Shown piece after piece: positions 20,693-30,347 of a DNA stretch of 64,000 nucleotides. Source of the DNA: an uncultured Bacteroidales bacterium. GTDB taxonomy: Bacteria > Bacteroidota > Bacteroidia > Bacteroidales > UBA3663. The notes beneath the pieces were generated by a model. The model worked only from the letters and a program-made list of their open reading frames with translations. It was not told the DNA's origin and did no database searches. A program made the position numbers and the translations under genes. Location: assembly GCA_946631995.1 (NCBI GenBank), contig CAMPAQ010000017.1, positions 16,306 to 80,305 of the forward strand. The letters are read 5' to 3'. Position 1 is the first letter of the stretch, and each line of letters begins with the position of its first letter.

Positions 20693-20700
20693 TATCTTTG
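20693..20700 (+). promoter_or_regulatory. candidate -7 box TATCTTTG upstream of the GH2-GH35 gene
   Basis: Consensus match 60 nt upstream of the ATG at 20760. Confidence 0.4.
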
Positions 20701-20759
20701 CCAACTGAATTGGCATCGGCCATGAAAAATGGATTCATAAATGATTTTATACCTTACAT

Positions 20760-23700
20760 ATGAACGCATTATTCATTGCGCTGCTTTCCATCAATCTGAG
20801 TGGAACGTGGCAGTTTTCAATTGACCGCTCGGCCGAGGGTGTGCGTCCGCTGCACTACGACCAGACCATCGAGCTGCCGGGTTCGATGTTGACCAATGGC
20901 CTGGGCGATGACGTGACGGTCGATACCCGCTGGGTGGGCAGTCTGTACGACTCGTCGTACTTCTTTAACCCGAAGATGAAGCCTTACCGCGAGCCGGGCC
21001 GGATGAAGTTCCCCTTCTTCCTTACGCCCGAAAAGCATTACGTGGGCAACGCGTGGTACAGCCGCACCGTGCGCGTGCCGAAGAACTGGAAGGGACAGCG
21101 TGTGACGCTCTATCTGGAACGTCCGCACATCGAGACGACGCTCTATGTCAATGGTGACAGCATCGGCCACCAGATGTCGCTCAGCGTGCCGCACCAGTAT
21201 GACATCACGGACCACGTGAAATTCGGAAAGGAGAACACCATCGAACTGAAAATCTACAACGGCATCGAGAACGTCTGCGTCGGCCAAGATTCCCACAGTG
21301 TGACCGATCAGACGCAGGGCGACTGGAACGGCATCGTCGGCCAGATTGAGCTGCGCAACGAGCCTGTCATCTGGCGCAAGCGCGTCGAGCCGGACGTGGA
21401 CAATGCATTGGCCAAAATCTTCCTGAACGATACCGTCGTCGAGGTCAAGCTGGAGCAGCCGCTGCGCCTGTGGGACGAGTTCCACCCCGAACTCTACACC
21501 GTGACGGTCGATTATCGTGGCCAACAGGTTCCGGTCACTTTCGGTATGCGGAAGGTGGGCGTGCGCGGTCGCGACATCATGCTCAACGACAAGGTCCTGA
21601 AGGTGCGCGGCACGGTGGGCAACTGCTGTTTCCCCGAGACCGGCTATCCTCCGACAGACGTCGCCGCGTGGAAAGCCGTCTTCGCCAAGTGCAAGGAATA
21701 TGGCCTGAACACGATGCGATTCCACTCGTATTGTCCGCCCGAGGCTGCTTTCATTGCGGCCGATAGCCTTGGCTTCTATCTCCAGCCCGAAGGTCCGTCG
21801 TGGCCGAATCACGGCGTGCGTCTGGGCCAAGGACAAGCCATCGACAAATATCTGATGGAGGAGTGCAAGGCCATCATCGACCAATATGGCAGCCATCCGT
21901 CGTTCGTCATGCTTGCTGCGGGCAATGAGCCGGCCGGCCGATGGGTCGCCTGGTGCAACAAGTTCGTGCCCGAGATGCACCGCTATGACCCGACCCGCAT
22001 CTATGCCGATGCCTCGGTGGGCGGAGGTTGGGCATGGGCCGACAGCGCAGAATTCCACGTCAAGGGCGGTGCGCGCGGTCTCGATCCGTGGGACAAGGCA
22101 TTGCCGCAGTCGATGGACGATTTCGCCGATGGCATGGCCCTGCCGCGCAACTTCAAGCCGACGGCCGCCAAGCCCGTCAACACCGCGCCCATCGTGAGCC
22201 ATGAGACTGGCCAATGGTGCGCCTTCCCCGACCTGACAGAAATCGACCAATACACCGGCGCATACAAGGCACGCAACTTCGAGATTTTCAGCGATTTGTT
22301 GGCCGATGCCGGGATGTCGTCCATGAGCCGCAAGTTCCTGATGGCGAGCGGTAAGTTACAGACATTGGCCTACAAATACGACATCGAACGCAACCTGCGC
22401 ACGCCCGACTACGCGGGTTTCCTCCTGCTGGGCCTGAACGACTACAGCGGCCAGGGCACGGCGCTCGTCGGCCCGCTCAATGTGCATTGGCGCGAAAAGG
22501 GCTACTGCACGGCCGATGACTGGACCGAATTCTGCTCCGACGTCGTGCCATTGGCCAGATTCCCGAAATTCGTCTTTTCGGCCGATGACACCATCCGCAT
22601 CGGCACCATGCTCTACAATGCGGCCGATGAACGCAAGTCGGTCAACGACGAGCTGATGTACAGCTTTATGGCCGATGGACTTGAATTCCTGAACGGTATG
22701 GTCAAGACGGGCGACGACGTCATCTTCGTGCCCCGCGACAAGGACAAGGCGCAGAAGATCACCTTCATGCTGCGCACCGGCACGCACTCGAACCATTGGG
22801 ACTTCTGGGTCTATCCGGAGGTGTACGACGAGGCATCGGCCAACGACATCTACGTCTGCGACAGCCTCGACGAAAAGGCATTGGCCACACTCCAGAGCGG
22901 CGGCAAGGTCCTGCTCACGGCCGGCGGTAAGATACGTTATGGCAACGATGTGAAGCACCACTATCTGCCCGTCTTCTGGAACACCTCGTGGTTCAAGATG
23001 CGTCCGCCGCACACGACCGGCTCGTACATCGAGAACGACCATCCGATTTTCCGCGATTTTCCGACCGACGACTGGCAGAACCTCAACTGGTGGGAGCTTG
23101 TCAACCGCACGCAGGTGATGAACCTCGCGCACTTCCCGAAGGATTTCCAACCCATCGTGCAGCCCATCGACACGTGGCACATCTCGCGCAAGTTGGGTAT
23201 GCTGTTTGAGGCCAATGTCGCCGGCGGCCATCTCGTCATGACGACCATGGATTTGGCCAATGACCTTGACTCGCGCATCGTTGCCCGACAGCTGCGCCAC
23301 TCGATTCTGAACTACATGTCGAGCGACAGTTTCCGTCCGTCGGCCACCATCGACCCCGCCGTCATCACCGAGCTCTTCACGACCGAAGCTCCAGCCGTCA
23401 ACATGTTCACGCGCGACACGCCCGATGAGCTCAAGCCGCGCCTCGGTGCCGCCACGGTCTATGAACTCACGTTGCCCGCAGCGCCATCGGCCGACACCGC
23501 AAAATTCCATTTCGGCACCAACGTAGCGCCGTCGGGAAACACCTTGCAGGTCGATTCGCGCGGTTTCTTGGCCGATGGGAAGCCCGTCGTGCCTGTGATG
23601 GGCGAGATTCACTATGCCCGCGTGCCGCGTAGCGAGTGGAAGCGAGAACTCCAGAAGATGCGCGACGGCGGCGTGACCATCGTCTCGACCTACGTCTTCT

Positions 23701-25577
23701 GGCTGCATCATGAGCCAGTCGAGGGCCAATGGCGTTGGGACGACAACCGCGACCTGCGTGCCTTCATCGAGACCTGCCGTGAGGTCGGCCTGCCCGTCGT
23801 ACTGCGCGTCGGTCCGTTCTGCCACGGCGAAGCCCTGCAAGGTGGTTTCCCGACGTGGCTCGTCGAAAAGGCATCGGCCGACAGCAAGCAATACAAGCTG
23901 CGCAGCCTCGCGCCCGGCTTCATGGACGCTACGCGAAAATTATATGCCGAGATTTTCCGTCAGGTCGATGGCCTTCTGTTCAAGCAGGGCGGCCCCATCG
24001 TCGGAATGCAGATCGAGAACGAATGTCGCGGCCCATGGCCCTACTACAAGGCGCTGAAGCAGTTGGCCGTTGAAATCGGCTTCGACCTGCCGTTCTACAC
24101 CCGCACAGGCTGGCCCAAGCTGAACGGCCGCGAGGAGTTCGGCCAACTGCTGCCTCTCTATGGTGACTATGCCGACGGATTCTGGGAGCGTTCGATGAAG
24201 GATATGCCGGGCAGCTATCCCGACGCCTTCGTCTTCAAGCCAGGCCGCGTGTCGGAAAACATCGCCACCGAGACCTTCGCGAAATCCGAACTCGGCGCGG
24301 AAGGTGCATCGGCCACAAGCTACCCCTACCTCACCTGCGAGCTGGGCGGCGGCATGATGACGGCCTACCATCGTCGCGTGCGCATCTTCCCGAAGGATGC
24401 TTTGGCATTGGCCATCTGCAAGGTCGGTTCGGGCTCCAACCTGCCGGGCTACTACATGTACCACGGCGGCACCAATCCGGAGCCAGGCATGGCCGAAAAA
24501 CAGGCCAGCGCCGTGACGAACTACAACGACCTGCCGCAGATGAGCTACGACTTCCAGTGTCCCGTGGGCGAGGTCGGCCAAGTGAACGAATCGTACCATT
24601 GGACACGCCGTTTCCACCTCTTCCTGCACGATTTTGGGCCGATGCTACGCGACATGCCGGCCGTCTTCCCCGCCACCAACGACGAGAACGGACGCCGCGA
24701 CTCGACCCTGCGCTATGCCGTGCGCACCAACGGACGGAGCGGCTTCATCTTCGTCAACAACTACCGCCGTATGCAGCCGCTTTCGGCCAAGGAGGGCATC
24801 CAGTTCCGCTTCACATTGGCCGACAGCACCCAGCTCACCCTGCCCGCCATCGACATTGCGGCCGATGCCTGTTTCGTGCTCCCCTTCGGCTTGAAGTTGG
24901 CCAATGCCACCCTCGACTGGGCCACCGCTCAGCCCGTCTGCTGGTCGGCCGCGACGAAGACGCTCACCCTGGCCGAACTGCCCGGCATGGAGGCCGCCGT
25001 CAGCGTGGGCGGCATCACCAAGCTGCTCTCGGTTGACAAGCCATTGGCCATCGGCGGCATCACCATCCGCCTGCTCAGCGAGGCCCAGTCGCTTGCGGCC
25101 TATCTGGATAACGGCCAATGCACCATCGATCCCGACCGTTATGCGTTGGCCGAGACCGGTAAAACCATCGGCATCAAGCAGATACAGAAGGCTAAAGGCC
25201 TGCGTGAAGTGAAAAAAGGTTCGCAGAAGGTTGCCGAACAGCCATCGGACGATGACTACGCTCAGGCCGCCGTATGGCAGTTCTCGAAGCTCAAGGCATT
25301 GGCCGACAACGACATCGTGCAAATCAACTACGCGGGCGACGTGGCTCGTCTCTACGTGGACGGCCGCCTGGTGCAGGACAACCAGTGGAACGGCAACCCG
25401 ATGCTGGTGCACGCCTCGCAACTACGCGGAAAAAAAGTGCTGCTCAAGGTGCTCCCACTGGGCAAGGACTATCCGATTTACCTCCAGCCCGAACAGCGGG
25501 AGACATTGGCCAATGCGACTGACGAAGGCTTGTGTGAACTGAACGAAGTCAAGATTTTAACTCCAACTCAAAAATAA
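20760..25577 (+). CDS. two-catalytic-domain glycoside hydrolase: N-terminal GH2 (beta-galactosidase/glucuronidase-like) fused to C-terminal GH35 beta-galactosidase
   Basis: 1605 aa. The N-terminal half has the GH2 sugar-binding fold (RVTLYLERPHIETTLYVNGDSIGH) and a TIM barrel with AAGNEPAG (NEP acid/base). From about residue 880: GEIHYARVPRSEWKRELQKMRDGGVTIVSTYVFWLHHEP and GGPIVGMQIENE (GH35 signatures). There is no stop between the halves. Confidence 0.8.
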   Translation: MNALFIALLSINLSGTWQFSIDRSAEGVRPLHYDQTIELPGSMLTNGLGDDVTVDTRWVGSLYDSSYFFNPKMKPYREPGRMKFPFFLTPEKHYVGNAWYSRTVRVPKNWKGQRVTLYLERPHIETTLYVNGDSIGHQMSLSVPHQYDITDHVKFGKENTIELKIYNGIENVCVGQDSHSVTDQTQGDWNGIVGQIELRNEPVIWRKRVEPDVDNALAKIFLNDTVVEVKLEQPLRLWDEFHPELYTVTVDYRGQQVPVTFGMRKVGVRGRDIMLNDKVLKVRGTVGNCCFPETGYPPTDVAAWKAVFAKCKEYGLNTMRFHSYCPPEAAFIAADSLGFYLQPEGPSWPNHGVRLGQGQAIDKYLMEECKAIIDQYGSHPSFVMLAAGNEPAGRWVAWCNKFVPEMHRYDPTRIYADASVGGGWAWADSAEFHVKGGARGLDPWDKALPQSMDDFADGMALPRNFKPTAAKPVNTAPIVSHETGQWCAFPDLTEIDQYTGAYKARNFEIFSDLLADAGMSSMSRKFLMASGKLQTLAYKYDIERNLRTPDYAGFLLLGLNDYSGQGTALVGPLNVHWREKGYCTADDWTEFCSDVVPLARFPKFVFSADDTIRIGTMLYNAADERKSVNDELMYSFMADGLEFLNGMVKTGDDVIFVPRDKDKAQKITFMLRTGTHSNHWDFWVYPEVYDEASANDIYVCDSLDEKALATLQSGGKVLLTAGGKIRYGNDVKHHYLPVFWNTSWFKMRPPHTTGSYIENDHPIFRDFPTDDWQNLNWWELVNRTQVMNLAHFPKDFQPIVQPIDTWHISRKLGMLFEANVAGGHLVMTTMDLANDLDSRIVARQLRHSILNYMSSDSFRPSATIDPAVITELFTTEAPAVNMFTRDTPDELKPRLGAATVYELTLPAAPSADTAKFHFGTNVAPSGNTLQVDSRGFLADGKPVVPVMGEIHYARVPRSEWKRELQKMRDGGVTIVSTYVFWLHHEPVEGQWRWDDNRDLRAFIETCREVGLPVVLRVGPFCHGEALQGGFPTWLVEKASADSKQYKLRSLAPGFMDATRKLYAEIFRQVDGLLFKQGGPIVGMQIENECRGPWPYYKALKQLAVEIGFDLPFYTRTGWPKLNGREEFGQLLPLYGDYADGFWERSMKDMPGSYPDAFVFKPGRVSENIATETFAKSELGAEGASATSYPYLTCELGGGMMTAYHRRVRIFPKDALALAICKVGSGSNLPGYYMYHGGTNPEPGMAEKQASAVTNYNDLPQMSYDFQCPVGEVGQVNESYHWTRRFHLFLHDFGPMLRDMPAVFPATNDENGRRDSTLRYAVRTNGRSGFIFVNNYRRMQPLSAKEGIQFRFTLADSTQLTLPAIDIAADACFVLPFGLKLANATLDWATAQPVCWSAATKTLTLAELPGMEAAVSVGGITKLLSVDKPLAIGGITIRLLSEAQSLAAYLDNGQCTIDPDRYALAETGKTIGIKQIQKAKGLREVKKGSQKVAEQPSDDDYAQAAVWQFSKLKALADNDIVQINYAGDVARLYVDGRLVQDNQWNGNPMLVHASQLRGKKVLLKVLPLGKDYPIYLQPEQRETLANATDEGLCELNEVKILTPTQK

Positions 25578-25660
25578 AAATTCAGGGATTGGCGGATTTG
25601 GCAGAAACATCGACCATGAAAAATCCGGTCCGCCATTTCCTGGAACAATGAAAAACATTC

Positions 25661-27538
25661 ATGAAAAAATTACTCCACCTCCTTTCCTTATCCATCGCTC
25701 TGATTTGCCCTACCATCGCATCGGCACAGACATCGGCCACAACGACTCCGAGCAAAGAGGAATTGCTCAAACGCCTTGTGATTCAGAACCAGAAAATGCC
25801 GCAGGAACGCGTCCACATCGTGACCGACCGCAACCATTACCTGACTGGCGACACCATCTGGATGCGCGCATTCCTGGTCGATGGACTCTACAAGAAACCT
25901 GTCCACTACAGCCGATTCCTCTACGTCGAACTGCGCAACGAGGCCGACAGCCTCATCAGCCGCGTCAAGCTGCACGAACGACCCGAAAAGAACGACACCG
26001 TGATGCGCGGCTACTTGTCAACGGCACCCGAACTGCCCACGGGCATCTACACGATTGCGGCCTACACCCAATGGATGCTGAACAGCGGCGAAGAACTATT
26101 TTTCAAACGCAACGTGCAGTTGGTCAATGCCGACGACATCAGCAAAGACATATTCACCGAGCCGCTGGCAAACACGACGGGCTGCGATGCCTATCACCGC
26201 GTGGACAGCGCATCGCTCGCTAAGGCCGACGACGCCGTCATCGTGGTTCATCCGCTGGTGCAGACCGAAAAGAACATCTATGGCAGCCGCGAAAAGGTCA
26301 CGGTCAAAGTCCAGGCACCGCCATACAGCAGTCTGGCCATATCGGTGACCGACAATGCAGCAACCCAAATCGACCAACGAGCCATGATTCACTACAGCAT
26401 CCTGGGCCAGCCATATTGGCACAACATCGACTCAATCTATGCCGGAAAATTCCGCGAACCGACCATCTTGAACGAGATTTCGCAAGAGATTCGCGGAACA
26501 CTGCGTGGCACTCTGCGCCGACAGCCCAAGGCCAACACGATGATAACGCTCTTCTCCCCTTCTGCCAAGCTCTTCCGCATGACGCGCACCGACTCGCTGG
26601 GCAACTTCTGTTTCGAGAATTTCGACGCACCGGACACTTGTATGTTCAACCTGCGCTCGTTCTCCGACCGTGGCCGCGGCAAGGGTGAAATCATCATTGC
26701 GCCAAGCCCGTTGCCAGATGTCGTGCATCATCTGGAAGCGCCCATAAAGCCCGCTACGCGAACCATAACAAGCAGCAGCGACAGTGTTTTGGCCGACAAG
26801 ATGAAGCAACGCGTGCGTTTCAGCAGCGGCCAATGGGAAATCACGCTCGATGAAGTCGGCGTAGCGGCTCAAAAGAAACTGCGCGGCGAAGACGGCATCA
26901 GCAAATTTGCCGACCGCAAACTCGGCTACAAGGACATCCAGGAAATGAACGTAGCATCGCTCGAAGACCTTCTGATGCAGCTGCCAGGCGTATTCATCAC
27001 GACCGATACGGCCGGCAACCGCATCGCCAAATACCGCAACAAACCGTTGTACTTCTGGCTGAACGACGTCGAAGTCAGCCAATCAATCCGCGACGACGAG
27101 TCCGAATTTGAATACGTCAACAACTACTGCAACGTCAACTGCATTGAATACCTCGATTTGGTCGAAGTGACATACATCGGCTCATCGAACGCCAGAGACT
27201 TCAACTCATACGGAATACGAATCAAGGAAAATCCGACGCTGGCGAAAAGCTCGAACGACTTCAATTCCATCACTTTCAAGCCGTTGGGTCATCAGGTTCC
27301 ACGCGAATTCGGCCAAACCGACTATTCGACACAGGAAAAGCGTTTCGCCAACCCACCCGGCACCGACCAGCGCGCGACACTCTATTGGAATCCGGCACTT
27401 GAGATTGACAGCACAGGCGTCGCATCGTTCACTTTCTGGACCAACGACAACTACAAGACGCTCTACACAATCCGCGTAGAGGGCGTGTCGGAAAGCGGCA
27501 AGCTCATCGACGGCATCAAGCGCATCAAGATGCAATAA
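25661..27538 (+). CDS. secreted hypothetical protein (carboxypeptidase-regulatory / TonB-plug-like regions)
   Basis: Signal peptide MKKLLHLLSLSIALICPTIASAQ; MQLPGVFITTDTAGNRIAKYRNKPLYFWLNDVEV resembles a plug-type beta-sandwich. No catalytic motif. Confidence 0.6.
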   Translation: MKKLLHLLSLSIALICPTIASAQTSATTTPSKEELLKRLVIQNQKMPQERVHIVTDRNHYLTGDTIWMRAFLVDGLYKKPVHYSRFLYVELRNEADSLISRVKLHERPEKNDTVMRGYLSTAPELPTGIYTIAAYTQWMLNSGEELFFKRNVQLVNADDISKDIFTEPLANTTGCDAYHRVDSASLAKADDAVIVVHPLVQTEKNIYGSREKVTVKVQAPPYSSLAISVTDNAATQIDQRAMIHYSILGQPYWHNIDSIYAGKFREPTILNEISQEIRGTLRGTLRRQPKANTMITLFSPSAKLFRMTRTDSLGNFCFENFDAPDTCMFNLRSFSDRGRGKGEIIIAPSPLPDVVHHLEAPIKPATRTITSSSDSVLADKMKQRVRFSSGQWEITLDEVGVAAQKKLRGEDGISKFADRKLGYKDIQEMNVASLEDLLMQLPGVFITTDTAGNRIAKYRNKPLYFWLNDVEVSQSIRDDESEFEYVNNYCNVNCIEYLDLVEVTYIGSSNARDFNSYGIRIKENPTLAKSSNDFNSITFKPLGHQVPREFGQTDYSTQEKRFANPPGTDQRATLYWNPALEIDSTGVASFTFWTNDNYKTLYTIRVEGVSESGKLIDGIKRIKMQ

Positions 27539-27744
27539 AGGCAACAGGCAAGTTACATAAATCAAGAATTTGATAATCAGAAACTTCCTGAAAAAGTCCC
27601 AATAAAAATGGCGGCTTCATGTACAATGAGGCTGCCATTTGCCGTCTTGCGGCATTCAGGACATCGACAAACACGGCCGAACCACTGTCAGGAACCACCT
27701 CACGACATTGTTTTTTGAAATTGAAAGAATAAAAAGGGAATATT

Positions 27745-27777
27745 TTTGACCGACTATTCCGAAAAAAGCATACATTT
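27745..27777 (+). promoter_or_regulatory. Bacteroidetes sigma-A promoter (-33 TTTG, 21-nt spacer, -7 TACATTTG) upstream of structured element copy 2
   Basis: TTTG at 27745-27748, TACATTTG at 27770-27777; about 110 nt upstream of the element. Confidence 0.5.
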
Positions 27778-27867
27778 GCAGCCGCAAGATTTTCTGCACA
27801 ACCAATTAAAACCATAAACAAAAAAACAGACAAGAAAAGAAAGATATACTTCATACATATAGATGAC

Positions 27868-28045
27868 ATAGCATCCGCTTAAAACTTGCTTTCAGAAAAT
27901 TCGCCAAAATTTAAAAAGCAACTAAGAGTAAACAGTCTGGATGCTCACGCTGTTAGGCGTGGGCTTTTACTCGTATATAGTTGCATGGTGTTTGGCGATA
28001 CCTCTGAAAGCGTAGACGAATAAATTGTCCACGTTCTTTTTTTGT
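27868..28045 (+). ncRNA. conserved structured RNA element, copy 2, in the 5' leader of the secreted-protein gene at 28153
   Basis: Same architecture as copy 1. The outer stem is GCTTTCAGA (27888-27896) pairing with TCTGAAAGC (27993-28001). It differs from copy 1 at 4 positions and every change is compensated on the partner arm. The third stem also covaries (GCAACTA with TAGTTGC). Confidence 0.5.
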
Positions 28046-28152
28046 GCCTTTTTGACGACAATAACGACCTGTATCTTCTCATTACGACGCTGCCTCATCC
28101 GCAAGGACTGTGCAAGTCACACATATTATTAACTACTTAAAACCAAGAATTT

Positions 28153-29511
28153 ATGAAAAGACCATTGATTCTATTCACAGCATTGGCCATCACCGCGACG
28201 AGGCTCTTGGCCGATGTCCCGGCCGACTCCATCTGGCGCGAGATGCTCATCGGCTATGCAAGCCACAACACCCTGCTGTCGCAGAAATCGTGCGCAGAAG
28301 ACTTGACAGAGGCTATCAAGGGACTCCCGGAAATGTTCGGGCAGAAGGGAAAAAGCCCCTCACAGATTGCCTTCATCGGCCGACAACTTTCTAACCGCTA
28401 CTTCAGCGAAGTCTTCCCCAGCGACTACGCCCGCATCTATCTGGCCTCGGCGAAAGACAGCATCACGGAAAGCGAAGCGCGCGAGCTGTTGGACTATGTT
28501 GCGGCCAATGACTCATCCCTGAAAGTGCTGTTGCTGTGGACGGCTACCATGAACGAAGAGCAGACGGCCATCCGTATGGGCTATGTCAGGTTGCCGGCAT
28601 ACGTCAAACTGCAGCGCATCTGGAGACGTGACGACAAGTTCGACGCGCGAATTTTGACATATCAGCAAGGCTGGGCAATATATCACGGAGCGCGCCATGC
28701 GGCCGATGACTATGACCTGCTGCTGTGTGAAGTGCTCAAACTGCACGGCGGCGATATGACCAACAGCCAGAACATGAAACCAGTGCTCACACAATTTGGA
28801 GAACAACTAATAACGCAGACAGGCCAAGAGGTGTTCCCCGTCAACAATGCCAAAGAAAAGGCGAAGCAATGGGCCGACGAATACTGCGACAGCCTCTTCA
28901 TGAAAGACCTGGTACAAATGTTTTCTCCGCTCATGAGAGAAAACTTGAGCAAGGACGACCTTACAGCCGCAAGACAGGCATTGAACCGGCCACAAGTGCA
29001 ATTGGCCAACCAACACGTGAACGAGGCCGTACAAAAGGAATCGTTCCTGTCCGGAACCGCATCGCTCATCGTGGGTTCGCTTGGCAGTATGCTTGGGAGC
29101 ACTCCAGAGAACATCAAGGCCGTGAAGTGCCCCGAATCGTACAAAAAACTCTTCGACCAATATATGCAAACGAATGCTGGCAAACTGAACGAACTTCAAG
29201 GCTCTGTCGAGGCAGCCTTGCAAGAAAAAGGCATCGGCAATAATCCTGTAGCTCGTCAAATGATGAACGGCATGATTCAGTACATACAGAAAAACCTTCC
29301 TACGCTCATGCTGAACGCATATTACGGCACGGTGACCGAAGAAGACATGACCGCACTTATTGAGGTCGAGCAGGAACCAGCCGTGAAACGTCTGAGTGAG
29401 GCATCGGCCAAAACCATCAAGCCCATAGTTGCCAATGCCCAGGAACTTGGTAAGAAAATCTGCTACATCTACGCGGGCTACCTGATGTACTACAAAGCGG
29501 GAGAAAAGTAA
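28153..29511 (+). CDS. secreted hypothetical protein
   Basis: Signal peptide MKRPLILFTALAITATRLLADVPA; 452 aa, mostly helical composition. Preceded by copy 2 of the structured leader element. Confidence 0.6.
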   Translation: MKRPLILFTALAITATRLLADVPADSIWREMLIGYASHNTLLSQKSCAEDLTEAIKGLPEMFGQKGKSPSQIAFIGRQLSNRYFSEVFPSDYARIYLASAKDSITESEARELLDYVAANDSSLKVLLLWTATMNEEQTAIRMGYVRLPAYVKLQRIWRRDDKFDARILTYQQGWAIYHGARHAADDYDLLLCEVLKLHGGDMTNSQNMKPVLTQFGEQLITQTGQEVFPVNNAKEKAKQWADEYCDSLFMKDLVQMFSPLMRENLSKDDLTAARQALNRPQVQLANQHVNEAVQKESFLSGTASLIVGSLGSMLGSTPENIKAVKCPESYKKLFDQYMQTNAGKLNELQGSVEAALQEKGIGNNPVARQMMNGMIQYIQKNLPTLMLNAYYGTVTEEDMTALIEVEQEPAVKRLSEASAKTIKPIVANAQELGKKICYIYAGYLMYYKAGEK

Positions 29512-29552
29512 AACGGATTGGGCAAACCCAGACTCATTAATCGATTAGGGAC

Positions 29553-30311
29553 ATGAACACCAAACAACAGAAAATCAACCTATTGAAGTGGAAAAAGGCA
29601 TTGACCATCGCTTCCAGAGTCCTGCCAATCGTGGCACTGGCACTTATAATGTATTATCGTCTGTCAGGCGACAATGAAAAACTGCTGCCCGTAGTCATCA
29701 TTGCGCTGATACTTATACCCGTGTGGGGCATTTGCACTGTCATGCTGTACTTTGTGCAGAAAAAGACGCAAGTTGACATCATGCAGGTTCTGGAGCCGCG
29801 CGACGACCTGCGAGGTGTTGATATGACCAATCGCGTTGCGGAAGCCATCGGCCAAGACAAATGCAAGATCAAGAATTTTGTCATCGCCGACAATTCGGAA
29901 GATGCACAAAGGGTCATCAGATTGTATCGGGAAAACATGGAATCATTGGCAAGCAATGAACAAATCATGGCCGTAATCAATCGCAAAACGGCTCTGCAAT
30001 GGAATTGGGGCTGGTCGGGACTATGCTTCACCGACAAGCACCTGTATCTGCACCTGTTGAAGAACAATGCCTTTGTCGGCCTAACCTTCAGTTCCCACGA
30101 ATTGAAACTGCCGCTGAACGCTATCAAGAGCATTTATATCGGAGATTCAGTCGAATACAAAGGCTATCTGGGGAGCGAAGTCCACATCAACGGTATTGAG
30201 GTCGGCCTGTTGCGCATGGGCTACGGTTTCGGCAATTCCGAAGATGAACACCTCAAGCAATTGCTCAATGAGCTGTTCAAGGAGATTTTCCGAAAGCAAG
30301 AAACAACTTAA
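29553..30311 (+). CDS. hypothetical membrane protein (two N-terminal TM helices plus bacterial PH-like soluble domain)
   Basis: TM segments VLPIVALALIMYY and LLPVVIIALILIPVWGICTVMLYF; C-terminal soluble domain. Confidence 0.55.
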   Translation: MNTKQQKINLLKWKKALTIASRVLPIVALALIMYYRLSGDNEKLLPVVIIALILIPVWGICTVMLYFVQKKTQVDIMQVLEPRDDLRGVDMTNRVAEAIGQDKCKIKNFVIADNSEDAQRVIRLYRENMESLASNEQIMAVINRKTALQWNWGWSGLCFTDKHLYLHLLKNNAFVGLTFSSHELKLPLNAIKSIYIGDSVEYKGYLGSEVHINGIEVGLLRMGYGFGNSEDEHLKQLLNELFKEIFRKQETT

Positions 30312-30347
30312 TAATATATTTATCAACCATTAAAAACAAAAAAAATT

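Noticed and set aside
27619-27735. Small 37-codon ORF (MYNEAAICRLAAFRTSTNTAEPLSGTTSRHCFLKLKE) downstream of the 625-aa secreted-protein gene
   Set aside because: It overlaps a plausible terminator hairpin (GGCGGCTTCAT...ATGAGGCTGCC) and has no start-context or coding-bias support.
4019-28045. Interpreting the two ~175-nt homologous elements as terminal repeats of a 24-kb mobile or composite element
   Set aside because: The intervening DNA is core housekeeping (rplY-pth, cca, ruvA, uxa cluster) with no transposase or integrase. The inter-copy differences are compensatory within RNA stems, which favours a structured RNA family over IS ends.
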